Assembly (NCBI GenBank): GCA_017499595.2
Contig: CM039003.1
Coordinates: forward strand, 2,232,001-2,296,000
DNA from: Psilocybe cubensis
Taxonomy: Eukaryota
DNA length: 64,000 nucleotides
Reading direction: 5' to 3'
The notes below the pieces were generated by a model. That model was given only the letters and a program-made list of their open reading frames with translations. It made no database searches and was not told the origin of the DNA. A program made the translations under genes and the position numbers. This document shows, one piece after another, positions 1-13,579 of this stretch. The first letter of the stretch is position 1. Every line of letters begins with the position of its first letter.

Positions 1-620
1 AGCGTACAATTGGGCATCTTCCGAGGCATCCCTGGGCGAAGGCAAAAGTTGGACGTCGAAAGGAATGGACTTTGCATTAATCGCTGTTCCGAAGGGAGCC
101 ATTGAGAAAAAGTGCCTTCGAATTAATCCAAAACGCCAGAGGAGTAATTATGGGGGAAAGACAAGTTCAACTCCTTCTTTCAGCCAGACATGCCAGACCA
201 TCATTCCTCGGTGCCCAAGTTGCCGAGAGTCCGAGATATCTCACGCGATGTGAGGTGAGTTCTCGAAGTAGTCATTGATACACTGATGAGAAACGATGTC
301 GGTCTGGGTCTGGTCGAGTAGGATGCCATGAGCACCGTTGGATCCAAGCTGGATCGTTGGTGGTAAATAACAAGCAGCGTGAATGCCCAATGGTGCTAAT
401 AAATGGATCGGCATCCATTCGGCTTTATGATGACAGCTCTGTAATTACTTGACTAGATTACGGCTGCGTGTAGAGACTAGCATTTTTTGCCAGCATTGTC
501 TTCTCTTCCCATCTCTCATGTGTTAACCTGTCGTTTATCACTATCTGTATTTCATGACTATACGAATTCTCCCTTTTATAACGAATCTTTGCATTTGCCT
601 TAATTGATACGAAACTCGAA

Positions 621-2130
621 ATGGCACCTCGAAGAACCCGAGGGCCATTGGTGACCTTTTCAGACTTGGAATTGCAGTCGGTGGAGTCATCTATAGGGTT
701 CAGCTCACAGACTATCAACATTGATAAGGACGATAAACGGTGGTACCATTATATCCCTCTGTGCGGTGAGTCGACAAGTAACCTCGGAAGGCATCAAGAC
801 AAATTTCTTGAACTAATTCCTGTCGACAATAGGAACTATAATATTTATACTGGCACCTCAACCTTCTTGGCTTTATGTTCTGGTCGATTTTCACCTCCAA
901 ACCATGCACCAACCTGTCATATTTTTAACTCATCTCGTGGCGACCTACACGCTTACGTTTATGGCGTTCTCTTCTCTCATTGTCTGCTTGGCTCGCGATC
1001 CTGGTCCTGCAAACGCACCCCCGTCACGCGTGAAAAATGCCAATGGAGAAGAAGCTGAAATGAGCTTAACAGAAGCCTTAATGCCTGATAGAGACTTCTC
1101 TGCCCCTGATAAATGGTGTCGAAAGTGTTGGGTATGCACTATTCGTATCTACCAATGAATTCCGATATGCTCAAATAGACTCTACAGGCTCCTAAAGCAG
1201 AAAGAACGCATCATTGTTCCATATGCAACAGATGCGTTTTGAAAATGGGTGCGCATATTCTCGAAAATTTCGATAATCAACAGTGACTGAACTAATGGCC
1301 TATAGACCACCATTGTCCTTGGATCGGCGCCAAATGCATCGTGCGTTTCTTCTAGCTACCACGCGATAAAGTGTATACTTATAATGAATCAGGGACATCG
1401 AACCTACCCTGCTTTTGTCCACTTTTTGCTATCTGTTACACTCCTATCCATGTATATATCATCAGTATCCTTTAGAGCGCTTTGGTTTGCATTTCATCAT
1501 CCGTTTGTTGTTGTAAGTTCGTCCACTTTAGTGAATTGTCAACCATCTTATCTCCTCTCCTCTCTCAGCATGAATTTACCCCCGTGCACGAACTTGGATT
1601 GGCGTTTGCAGGGGCTGTGTTTACCCTGGTAGTCGGGTCTTTCGCTGCCTACCATATCTACCTTATCTTGTATGCATCATCTATATCTCATGCTTCCCTC
1701 CTTCAAGAAGTCTGATCTTGTCTGTTTAGCACTAATCAAACAACTGTTGAAAACATTGCACCCTTTATGCTCCTTCGGCATCTTCCACCCCTTCCCCGTA
1801 CTGGACATTCCCTTTCTGATCCTCCTTTAGAACCCGAATTATCTTCGGTGCAAAGGAGGATTGTTAAAGATGCTCATGGTCAAATTCTCATATATGATCT
1901 TGGCTGGAAAAAAAACTTCGCGCAAGTATTTGGATGGAACCGGAAATATGGTTGGCTATTCCGCCTCTGGTGTGGGGGTGCATCGTAGGTCATCTTCTGC
2001 ATGTATTCTTTTCACATATTAATCTTCTGTTAGACCAGGTGATGGGAAACACTTCCCGAGGAACCCTCGGGCAGATGAAATGTTAGCAAAGCTGGCACAT
2101 GAGCTAGTAAAAGCTGATCTGAACACCTGA
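621..2130 (+). CDS. DHHC-family palmitoyltransferase (multi-exon)
   Basis: Spliced exons give KWCRKCW-APKAERTHHCSICNRCVLKM-DHHCPWIGAKCI-GHRTYPAF, flanked by hydrophobic TM segments and a TNQTTVE (TTxE-like) motif. Start codon tentative. Confidence 0.9.
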
Positions 2131-3096
2131 CAGTCTCAACTAGATGTTAAATTATTGATACCCTTTCTATCTTATATCTCGTCCAACTCGTTAATCTCAA
2201 CACTTTTCTATCACAGGATGCTTTACCTGTCCTCATCATTGCACGAAAGGAGCCTTTTCAATTTTAACCATCTTGCTTCCTGATGTTCCACACTGTCCCT
2301 AATACCGCTTAATGATCATCAGGGCCTGTTCACTATTTATCTCAACTCATTCATATCACGTTCCTTGCAGTCTTCCAGGCCCTCTTTTTATGTGTACATC
2401 GGAATGGAACGTTAGTTGGTTCTACTCCGAGTTCTTCACAGGTGCCAGACCAGTGCCTTGATCCCCAAATTTTGAAACTAGCCTGTTGAGAAAAAAGGGG
2501 TAGATGTAAGATTCTCGTTCGGGAAACTACCGTCTGCAGATTCTCACCGTATGGTTTTTAGAGTAGATGAACTTTGCTGCTGTAGCGACTTTCCAGACCC
2601 AATTGGTGGAGCAATTGCTAACATTTACCCAAGAGTCTCCACGTTGTGAGTGGCCGTTTGCGGCAAATGCTTGATTTTGAAATTGGAAGGCCCTATGAGT
2701 AAGTCATTACCCAAACATGCGTTCATACATGCTATGTAAATCTCACCTTTTTTTGTCGAGGTGTTTCCATTGAGATCCGACTATGCGATTGTGCCACACA
2801 AATTCGCGCATACGCGACGGTGCCTATATATATAGCGCCGCGACCAGTTCGAGATGAGAAAGTTAGTGAATTTATGCAATTTCTTACTGTTTCGGCCATC
2901 GAACCCTCCAAAAGAGGACTCGTCTCTGGCGCAGGACAAGGAAGAATGATGACATCATCCGAAACTCGAGAATGACCTAGGGAACAGTCCCTAACGGGCA
3001 GTCCACCAACTTGGTCCGTATAAAAACAAGGTGTAAAATGGCCACTGCATTTTCAAACGCGATCTCAAGCTACACTGCTCTATCTTCCAAAATACC

Positions 3097-6000
3097 ATGC
3101 CAGCTGAAATCATCGACGTTCACTCTCTCAGCGCCGAGGGTTTTCCCATTGCAGACATCCCGACGCAAATCATGAACGGTCTTTCTCGGCCTTTTGGACA
3201 CAAACAACTCCCCACTATGCTCCTCTACGATGAACAGGGGCTCCAGCTGTACGACGACATTACCACTGCTGCTCCAGAGTACTACCTCTTTGCAGCAGAG
3301 GAGGAAATCCTTAAAAACAATGCCCACCATATCGTTCAAGCCATGCATAGAGGAGCTCAGATTTCCCCAGACGAAGTCATTGTTGAGCTTGGCGCGGGGT
3401 ACGTCAAACCTTAATTACCTATTCATTACAAAACACCTCGCCACTTTCGCCCGATTTTCTACATCAGGGAACCCAGGATGGGATTATACCTTCCTTTTGC
3501 GGTTTCGCATAACTCTATGGGTTTAAACCTGATCTAATATTATAACATTGCCACAGATCTTTGCGAAAAACATCGCATATACTACTAGGACTTTCTCATT
3601 TTGTCGGCAAAGAGGCGCCTTCATCGGCCATTACTTACTATGCTCTTGACCTCGACAAGCACGAGTTGGAACGGACCCTTGGAGACATTTCAAGATCCGA
3701 AGTCGGCAAAAAGCTGGTCGGCAAAGTCAAGACGAAAGGAATGTGGGGCACGTACGAGGATGGTCTTAGATTTATAGAACATGGCGGTCTATTTGCTCGC
3801 CGCCTCCCATCGGTGGATTACCAATTTTCTTCTCGAGAACGCTCTCCAATTTCACCCATTTCAAGTGCTTCGTCCACCAGTAATGCCTCCTTGACCTCCA
3901 TGTCAGAGTCAGGCTCGTCTATGCCCTCAACCCCTGAAGGCTCAAAGCCGCCCCTTCATGTTGTATTTTTGGGTTCGTCATTGGGCAATTTTTCGAGGAC
4001 AGACGCCGTGTCTTTTCTTTTATCGCTGCCGTTACGCGCTGGTAGCGGAGACACTCTTCTTATTGGCCTGGACCATGACAATGATGCTGCGCTCATCGAA
4101 GAAGCATATAACGACAGCCAGGGCTATACCAGACGTTTCATCTTTAATGGCTTGAGGGCAGCTGGTCGGAACTTAGGCGACGAGAATCTGTTCGATGAAA
4201 GCAAATGGGAATATGTCAACACCTACAATTCGGTGCGAACAATCGTTATTTTTTACCCATTCTAGATTCTAATAAAGAGACAAATAGGATGAACGTATGT
4301 GCAATCGCTGTTTTTATTCGCCTAGCCTAATTATATTCATTGAAGGCTGCCACGAGGCCTTTTTTAGGTCCAAATGCCCCCAAATTATTCGAGAACCTAG
4401 AACCGGCAAAGTCATTCGATTTTCAAAAGGCGAATTGCTGAAAATTGAGGAATCAATCAAGGTGTGTTTTGTTGGCAGACCATTTGGGACCGCAATATTC
4501 ACGGAGCTTATACTATATGTCAGTTTTCCGATGTGGACGCATATTCCTTGTTTACCGCCAGCAACCTGAGGCCAGTTCAGCGCTGGACTGACAAGAAATC
4601 ACAGTACTCGTTATGGCTATTAGAAAGGCCTCCTTTCAGCTTTCCATTACTCGTTTCCCCATCCCACCCTTCGACAAAAGGTACTAGGCTTTCTTATTCT
4701 CCCTTTGGAGTACCATCTCGAGAAGAATGGAACGAACTTTGGTCCTGCTGGGATTTTATTACAAGGCAGATGATACCCTCGAGTATGTTATATCAGAAGC
4801 CAATCGACCTACGACATATTTGCTTGTTTTACTTGGGCCATATTCCTACATTTTTGGACATTCACCTCTCAAAGTTACTTCAACAGCCCCATACTGAACC
4901 AGAATCGTTTAAGGTAAGCTAAAATATCAGGCATTACTAAAACTGTCGACTTATTTCTATCTACAGTACATCTTTGAGGTCGGATTGCACATATTCTTGA
5001 AGGAAAGTTTTTTCGTTGACAATTGCTAAACAGCGTGGGATTGACCCAGACGTAGATGATCCTACCGAATGCCATGTGAGTATCCGTTTTAGAGTTCATG
5101 GGAGTTATCATTAATAATGGCATGGAATCTGTCCAGCCTCATTCTGAAGTACCGATCAAAGATGAAGACTGGCCAAGTCCCATTAATATTGTGAAGTTCC
5201 AGGCATCGGTTCGAGCAAGATTAATGCGTCTGTATGATGACATTGATTCTGGGCGAATCACCTTGACTCGCAAGATAGGACGCGTTTTGTTCATGACCCT
5301 TGAACATGAAGCCATGCACGCAGAAACCTTGCTGTACATGCTAATTCAACGAGCGGGGAGCGGAACAATACCTCCTCCTGGTTTCGTTGCTCCTCCCTGG
5401 GAATCACTGGCTGTCACCTGGCAAGAAATTCCAGCACCAGCGTCGAGTACTGTTACTTTAGGGCCTGCAACTGTGAGCCTTGGGCATATGGATTTCGAAT
5501 CAGATGATGAGACAAATTCCGACGTCGAAACCCACGAATTTGGATGGGATAACGAAACCCCGAGGCGAGACGTCTATGTAAATCAATTCAGAATTGAATG
5601 GAGGCCCGTCACAAATGGAGAATTCCACCAATTTTTTTTCGGAGAAGGGAAAGGGAAAGTAGAGTTCCCAGCGAGTTGGGTTGAAGACGACGAAGGAATC
5701 AAAGTGAGTATTCCCAGTATCAGAAATGACATGTTCTGAAATACATTCGAAGGTCCGGACGTTGTATGGGCCTATTTCCATTGATATTGCTCGTAACTGG
5801 CCTATTGTAACCTCTTACAATAACCTTTCAACCTATGCCATGGTTAAAGGGGGGCGCCTTCCTACAGAATCGGAGCTTGCTCTATTTTACGACAAATATG
5901 AAGCGGGATATGAAGGTGGTGCTAATGTTGGTTTTCGGAATTGGCACCCTGTCCCGTAAGTTTGAACCTTGATTCATCGGGGTTTAAGCTAACATTACGC

Positions 6001-6401
6001 CCATTCAGTGCAACAACCGGCGGAGAGCGAGCTGGTGGAAAAGGTATCAATGGTGGAGTCTGGGAATGGACCTCCACTGTTTTTGATGCTGTTGACGGTT
6101 TTGAACCCTCGAAATTATACCCTGGGTGCTTATTAAATCACCTTTCAAACGCGATGAAGCTAATTTCTCTTTGTCCAGGTATTCTATGGACTTCTTTGAT
6201 GGAAAACATCAAGTTGTAGTGAGTGTCTTCCCGATTTTTCCATCGTGGTTTGTCATTTATCACTCATTTTACAAACAGCTTGGAGGTTCATACGCTACTA
6301 TTCCACGGATTGCCGGTAGGCGTAGTTTCAGGAATTGGTATCAACGAAACTACCCTTACACCTGGGCTGGTGCTCGCGTCGTCTATGACGTTTCCGTTTG
6401 A
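3097..6401 (+). CDS. EGT1: Ergothioneine biosynthesis protein 1 (EgtD-like histidine methyltransferase fused to EgtB-like sulfoxide synthase)
   Basis: KQLPTMLLYDEQGLQLYDDIT/VELGAG/FLGSSLGNF methyltransferase motifs, DLRHICLFYLGH and HEAMHAETL iron-binding motifs, and a C-terminal FGE-sulfatase-like GGVWEWT...RNWYQRNYPY. Confidence 0.95.
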
Positions 6402-6567
6402 ACGACGCTCTTTTTTCATCTAAAGGAAATTCCCACTCGTTAGGGTGTAAAGATTAAGGGCCGACTAATAAATTAAATTCTTGGTATCAAATCCCATAAA
6501 ATAGATCTCAATACAAAACTCTTCAACAATTCTTCGTATATACATTGGTTTCACCTTTACATAGCTG

Positions 6568-8006
6568 TTAGAAAACTTCCATAAATTCATCAGTTTCTTC
6601 TCCTTCTTGCATCTTGACAACGGGTATAGCGACTCGAACACTTTCTGAAGCGGATTTGATTTTTTTGTCGTATAGATAGCGTTGAGCGTACTGTATCGAC
6701 AGGCGCCTCTCATTTAAGGAAGCATTTCGGCCTATCCAGACATATATTGCAGGATAAGAAGCGCCGTCGGAGTGGTCAAGTAGAAAGGCATCTTCGGATG
6801 ACAAAGAATCCTTTGAGACAGGTGCTACTTTTTCAAAAACAAGGGTTCCTGTGGCATCAGAGATGCGATATAGGATTGGGTGTACTTCGGTGAGGTTCAT
6901 TGAGTGCAAATCGGCTGGTTTGAGCTTCGTCTGTTCACCAAATTCGTGCAGAAATATTCCTGCCCCAGATCCACCTTCGTCTAGAGAATGTGATTGTTAG
7001 GCTGAAGGTTCCAAGGGTAGAAGTAGAAACTGTTTACCGTAGACCACAACATCGGCTTGACTCTTCCGTTCGTTGAGCAAACTTTGAACAAATTCTGCAG
7101 CTTTAAATCTCTCCTGTCCTGCGCTCCCATTCGTATTAAATTGCATGATGTTATCTCCCTTATCCAAAATGTAGACATCGCCGGCAACGAGGCTATCAGC
7201 AGTCGCAGGTACCTCTCGAACCACAAGACTGGACCGTCCTTCTCTACTCTTAAACAAACTAACACGATAAAGCTTTCGAATATTCGGGGGTAAAGTGTCG
7301 GAGACATGGTGAAAACCCGTCTCAACCCCTCCTTTAAGGCAAAGGAATTGATGGAAATAAGATAGGAATCGAGGAGATTCAAATCCTTGAACCTCTCTGA
7401 ATTGTACAGGCCTCCCGTGCAGATCTAGAAATAGAGAGCATACAGTAAGTTGGCTGGCCTTAAAGTCAAAGAAGAAGACACGAACAGTCGTCTAGCTCAA
7501 CAGTCTTGTAGGCGGCCGTTCCAGCTTCGTCCTGAGTAGTATTTTGCCCAAGCCAAAAGTGAAGATCATATGAAAATGATTTTGCCTCCGGGGATTTCTT
7601 AAATGTCTATGGCCAACAATGACAACCTATAAAGACTTGTCACTGGAAGAATAAAAAAGAGACTTACATGAAGGATTATATACGAATCGCCATCATAGAA
7701 CGAGCCATTACGCTCTTTCGGCCATGGGACCACTTTGAACTTTTCAATCCGCCATATCTGAAGACCGGCAGATTTCCCTGCATCCTCCCATGCGCTCTCC
7801 CCTTCTCCGGCTTCCTCTCTAACGTGCTTTTCAATCTACATGAACGATTGCAGTAGTTTAGTTAGGCCATCTCGACGATATGGGTCCCAAGAGTTCGAAA
7901 CTGTAGAGTGGTGGCAGGGTTAATAATGGATACTCACGTTGGATCCTAAAAGCGCGATATTAGAATCTTCGATGTTATACACAGTTGTCCGGGTAAGATA
8001 TGCCAT
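6568..8006 (-). CDS. Gelsolin/severin/fragmin-like actin-binding protein (multi-exon)
   Basis: [50 protein letters not shown] gelsolin-repeat motifs. Confidence 0.92.
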
Positions 8007-8371
8007 GAGATTAGGCAAGCACAGTTCACCAGCGTAAACTTAGGAGAGAGATCAGTGGGAAGGAACCTTAACCTCAAAAATAGGGGTATCGCTAGCTGCC
8101 TTGGTCCCTGTTAAACAGCAACTTGCTGCCATAATTGTTCAACCTGCTGCCATAATTGTTGTATAGTCGAACTTCGCCATACAAAATCATCGAATTAGAA
8201 TCAGCAATACCTTTGAAGGAAGTAGTGCTACTCAATTCTCTGTATAAACATAGTTAAAAGGATAATTATTTTTGGGATTTTAAAAAACATTATCAAAGTG
8301 CAGCATTACAGAGTTTTTCTTTTTGTACAACTAGATGGCAAGGTTGGAGAGCTATTACTTGCCCGAAAAGT

Positions 8372-10120
8372 CTAATTCCTGGATACCCCAGACAAGTTGC
8401 CAGCCTGATTATTTCAAATTGTGAACCCTTCGAGTCGCCGTCAGAAATCAAGGAATAACATACCGCCCTCATTTCACCCTCATTTGCCATATCTGTGTTC
8501 CCAGTCATCTTCCCAGTGATCTTTTCGGCGCCACCTTATAGAGAAGAGAGATTATAAAAATGTGAACAAGGATTGAATGTTAAAGCGCACCTAGAATCTT
8601 ATCAGTCATTGACGGACGTCCACCTTGCATTTGCTGCGCGCTGATGTCAGAGCCGACTGGCCCTTTGGAAGGGTGTTGATATTTCATCCCTTCAGCACTC
8701 TGATACCTATTATCAAGACTGTTTCCAGAGGTGCCATAGCTAGACGATAATCCTTCCCCCTGAGTACGTGACCCACCAATACCAGAACTAGTAGTGGATG
8801 GACCGAATTTGCCCATGGAGTCACCTGAACACATGACAAGAATTGACACTAAGTATCAAATGAAAATATAATGGCATTACCCATGTTCATTCTCTCTTGG
8901 CCAGTTGAACCACCCATACCAGTATAGGATGAAGTTTCGTACTTGCCCATTGATCCACCTGAAAAAGATATTGGAACAATTTCACTGAAAGTGTATAACA
9001 AACATACCACTCATTTCCGTCCTTTCGTGACCTTTCAACGACGGCATCGAAGCCGCTGAAGGGAATGATGAGAAAGAGACGAAATCAGGACAGATGAATT
9101 GTATACATACTGTTCGAGCTCGAATCCTGGACATAGTCTACAAAAGAGGTCAATTATCATTATGTTTGCCATAGACTTTGTATACATACAATGACCAGGA
9201 TGGCATTTGCTACAGTGCGCTTCCATGTTGCCGGTTCCGCTCTGTCCGTGAAGGTGATGCTCATCTTTAAGGTCTTTCATGTGCCCCGTGGCAAGACTAG
9301 CTCCGGCCATGGCAGGAATACCACTCAAAGACTCGTTATATTGATGTGCGTGAATTCCTGCGCCAGAATTTAGGCCAGTGCGAGTGGAGTCGGTCCTGAG
9401 GCGACTATCGGCATCAACGATTTGATGAAGAGAGTCGCTCCCTGTGAGAGTTCCACCAGCTCTTCCAAGATCCGAGAAATCCATCCCAGCAGATGCATTC
9501 ATGCCTGAACCTTGGTTCAGATTACGGCGAACTTGGTCACGATCATTACTCATGGAGTAATCATGAGTTCCTCCCACTAAAATCATGAAATGCATTGTAA
9601 GATAATTAGCATACGATTTTGCAGTGAGGCTTACTATTTGCACTGCTTTTACCATATGTCTCACTGTTAGTGGTATCACGGCCATAGTTATCACTGGCGG
9701 GGTTGTGGCCACCAAAACCGCTGTGAGAGCTGTCTCGATTGAAAGCATAAGCATTGGGGGATTCCATGTTGCTCATACCACCAGATCGAGAAGGCATTGA
9801 AGGTACGTTCGATCCCAGAGCCGAGGATGCTGCTGCTCCTAATAATTGAGTCAGTTAATTCTAATGTTTTAAACTTTATAACCAACCTCCTGGACCGCCC
9901 ATACCGCCCATGCCCATCATGCCAGCAGCATGGCTCTCAGGTGCTGCCAGGTTCTTGAGTTTATCGGTAACGCCTACGCAGAGTCCAATGTCTAGATTAG
10001 GCTAAAGTTCACCAAGACCAACAAAGGAATGTACTTACCAGAGTCGCCTTGTTCGCCAGAGGATTTAGTCCCTCTGTCGTTTTTAGAGCCGGACATAAGA
10101 TTCGAAGCAATGTTTGACAT
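8372..10120 (-). CDS. Gly/Ser/Met-rich hydrophilin/stress-type protein, many short exons (possibly two genes)
   Basis: Low-complexity exons with GT-AG introns; C-terminal PSMTDKILG-GAEKITGKMTGNTDMANEGEMR resembles fungal CsbD/LEA-like repeats; TATA-like TATATAAA upstream (about 10207-10214). Confidence 0.6.
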
Positions 10121-10775
10121 GTTGGTGCTTTTAGATTTAGGATTTTAAAGCAAAGAAGTATGGGCTGAGAGGTGGGATATTAGGTGTGGGGTACCGACAA
10201 CAACTCTTTATATACGATGCCCTTCTTATTCAATGACGGAGTACGTCAGGTTATGACGCGCCATGTGAAGTAGGATTGTCTCAGTATTCACTGAGGTTTC
10301 CAAACAGTCCTGAGGCGGAAACAAATCTACCGAGTCTAGCTGATACTGCGGACTGAATATGCGCGACAAAATAATTTAATATTGAACCAATACGAACCTG
10401 ATCGAACCCATCTCCAAAACGGGGGTATCCTGATAGTGCGTTTTTGAGTCCTTAGTATTCGCTTGTCTGGTGAATTGGTTGTCGTCTCCACGGTAGAGAG
10501 ATTTCAGTTGCATTAGGTCAAATAAAAGCTTTGTAACCTGTAAAGAACCACGCGAGCAGCAAATAAGAAAGAATGTGAAGACGCGTTCTTGACGCGTTCA
10601 GTTTAAAAGACGAAAAAGGTCCAGGTGTGTGATTGATTTCTGATTATGTAATTTAAGATAAGATAAGATCGTGAAAGACGACTGCACAGCTCTCCAGCCA
10701 ACAACTCCGATACTTTTGCAATTGCCAATTATTTTCTTCTTCTTTTCACCACCTTGGCCATCTGTATTCTTTTAA

Positions 10776-11380
10776 ATGGAATCTCATTCATCTGTAAGCA
10801 TAGTGATATTGCATTTGATAAGGTTGTACTTATTTCCGTTTTCCTCTCAGTATCCGATTCTATCTAGTTTGCTTGCCAAATATCCACGCGCTTCATCTAG
10901 CCTTTTCCAAACTTACAACGATATTGTATACGGTACACCTTCTCTTTACCTGTCGAAGGATCTGGTAGGCTGAAGACTTTATTAGCTCAGCAATGGAACG
11001 ATGTGAAAGTGATAGATCTCGAGTACTGTTCGCGAGGAGCCATAGCGGGCAGGAAGCGTGATACGGTGTGTGCTACAGACTTTCGACATTGATGCAATAT
11101 CTCATTGTTTCCTTCAATCAGGAAGAGAATCTCTATGTTGTTCCCTGTGCTCTGTCTGAGACTCTTAGTTTCGCTTGGTGAGTCAATTACTCTCAATTGC
11201 GGTCACCCTACTTGAATACCATAAAGGATTCGGGATGCATTCTCCCAGCTATTCCCCAACTTGGAAAAGACCCATGAAGCGGTATCCAACCCTCCATATA
11301 TTTTTCTCGCCATAACCTCAACCGACGCTTCTATTGTATATTACAAACTCAGTTACGGAATTGTCAAACCGCTTGTCTGA
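10776..11380 (+). CDS. SEN15: tRNA-splicing endonuclease subunit Sen15-like
   Basis: Spliced product ...LFQTYNDIVY-AQQWNDVKVIDL...YVVPCALSE...IFLAITSTDASIVYYKLSYGIVKP matches the Sen15 C-terminal signature. Confidence 0.8.
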
Positions 11381-11764
11381 AAAACTACAACCAAACCCGG
11401 ACAACCTACAGGAAACTACTTTCATGGTCTCTTAATCTCCATCAACTACGATGGCGTATTTTGAACTTTTTAGCGGTTCATTCAGACTCGACGATCCAAA
11501 TAGGCTTAACGTATCCCTAACACCCCTCGTGGTCTGGCAGAGAGATAACGAAGAATACAGCCGGCCTTTGTCACCTTCTGGATAGATTCCGATCTTCTTA
11601 AGCAAGACAAGGAAATGTAGCGTTTCATCGATCACTATACCCTATCAAAGTAGTTCATTACTCAAATGCCGCTCGACGTGCGTCAAACTTCAATCATATT
11701 CGATTTATAAGAACTATTGGCATATAGTGGTGCGATTCCAGAACGAATCAAAGCAAGGTTGTAT

Positions 11765-12454
11765 CTAGCAGCACATTTCGCAAGGGCAACCTGGTAGTGG
11801 TTTGAGGTATGAGTTTCTATTGACATGAAGCACGCAGTTTTCGGAGACTTACAGATGATATCCGCAGCGCACTCGCAGCATCCCTGAAAGATAGTTGACA
11901 TGTGGAAAGCACTAGCGATGGCATGAAAGCGTTGCCTACCTCGCAGCATTCTGTTCAAATTGGCTTGCTTTAGTGCGCTGATTCATTCGTTTGGGGATGA
12001 CTTACCGAAGCAAAGGAAACATCCGACGAGTCCCAAGAAGCAGTCCTGTGAAATATTCGCATGTCAGACTATAGCCGCACCCGAGGAAACAACGTGTAAA
12101 CAAGGAGGCAAGAAAATGCCCGATAATCAAATTCGACGGTTCACCTCCGGAGAACTATATTTCAATGGAAAAGAACACAAAAACTCTTACTAACCTTTCC
12201 AGCTCCTCCACCACGAAGACGGGACGCCTTTTGCTTCTGGTGCTCACAGTTCTGATGTTGGTGGTTCTCGGAGGTCTCTCCAGAGACTTTCATGACCTCT
12301 GTTCGTAATCATCGTAATTTTGGTCAGCCTTCAACTATCGGGTTACACTTCAACAACATCGAGGAGTGGTGTATGAAGGTCAAAAAGCAGTTATATGCTC
12401 ACTCATCTCAGTTGCAGCTTGAGGCTGGCTGGTCTTGGCGGTAGTAGATTCCAT
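11765..12454 (-). CDS. 87-aa Cys-rich (CYSTM-like) small protein, paralog A, 6 exons
   Basis: Exons 12454-12403, 12298-12195, 12045-12006, 11950-11940, 11883-11853, 11790-11765, all GT-AG, give MESTTAKTSQPQAATEMKVMKVSGETSENHQHQNCEHQKQKASRLRGGGAGKDCFLGLVGCFLCFECCEGCCECAADIICCPCEMCC. Confidence 0.88.
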
Positions 12455-13032
12455 TCTCGCAAGATATAAACGTAAGCCTTGAGAAAGTGAGAAAAAAACC
12501 AAATTGACTGGTAAAGGGCGAAGGAAGGGATGTGGGTAAACAGAGAGCTGTTTATATAGGTGGAGATGAGTCTAAATGCGGCCATGATGCCCTCCACGGA
12601 CAACGCTGTCTGCCTATTTTTGGATTTACTACGTAGTAACCTATTTATTTATAGCTTTGGGCGTTGTGCAGCCTTTCGTCCGACCGATTTAACCAAACGT
12701 TGATGACATGATGCCTACTGGCTTAATGGGGTGAAAAGGCCCCCGAGTAGCACCAAGGGCAGAAATAACGCTTCGAGGGATTGATGATAATCATGGAACT
12801 GAGACAAAATCCAACGATTACTTCGAAACCCGAGGCGAAGAACAATTGAGGCATCTATGTGCGCGGAACGAGGGCATCATCCCACCGTACATTTAGGCCG
12901 GTGTTATTAACATGTTGCAAAACTTTCATAAAACCAAGCAATCTGCGTAGTTAAGAAATAATTATAAGAATCGTCATTGAAATGAATGAAAAAATATAAT
13001 TGTCCAGATCAAACATGAAATTTGGGATCTGT

Positions 13033-13579
13033 TCAACAACACATTTCACAAGGGCAGCCTACCCGTCTACAGTTGAGTATAGTTCTAGTGAATTCAGAAC
13101 GAGAACTCACAGAGACAATCTCCTACGCATCCGCAGCAAATCTGTAGCAGAGGAGCGGTCAATCAATAATCTGCCAATTGGCCTAGACATGGTGACGAGG
13201 CTGCGAAAGCGCACCTCACAGCATTCTTCCGAAATCATTGATATTAGTAGAAAATCAAAAACTCACGAAGGTCACTCACCAAAGCACAGGAAACAGCTGA
13301 CGCATACAATGAAACACTCCTATAGATAATTTGAGTTAAAGCACAAAAAGGTGATACTATTGATGAAGACCTCACCTTTGCAGCACCACCTCCTCGAATC
13401 CTAGTGGTACCGGACCCAACAGATTCTCTCGTTGATTGATTATGATGCTTTGTGGGGCCGGTAGGATTACTGATAATTTCTGGGTCACATCAGATACAGC
13501 GAGGTTATCTTGATGAATAAGACGCACGCATCTCAACTGAAGGTCTAAGTTGTTCGGAGCGCTTTTTTGATGCTTCCAT
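13033..13579 (-). CDS. 87-aa Cys-rich (CYSTM-like) small protein, paralog B, 6 exons
   Basis: Exons 13579-13528, 13479-13376, 13319-13280, 13225-13215, 13141-13111, 13058-13033 give MEASKKRSEQLRPSVEMQIISNPTGPTKHHNQSTRESVGSGTTRIRGGGAAKECFIVCVSCFLCFECCEICCGCVGDCLCCPCEMCC; exon sizes identical to paralog A. Confidence 0.88.

Noticed and set aside
3097-6401. Ergothioneine gene cluster
   Set aside because: EGT1 stands alone; no PLP-dependent lyase or related gene is nearby in this window.
8124-8160. Duplicated TGCTGCCATAATTGTT
   Set aside because: Only two copies of a short intergenic duplication; not an array.
10581-10597. Two ACGCGT (MCB-like) boxes
   Set aside because: Too short to support without conservation data.
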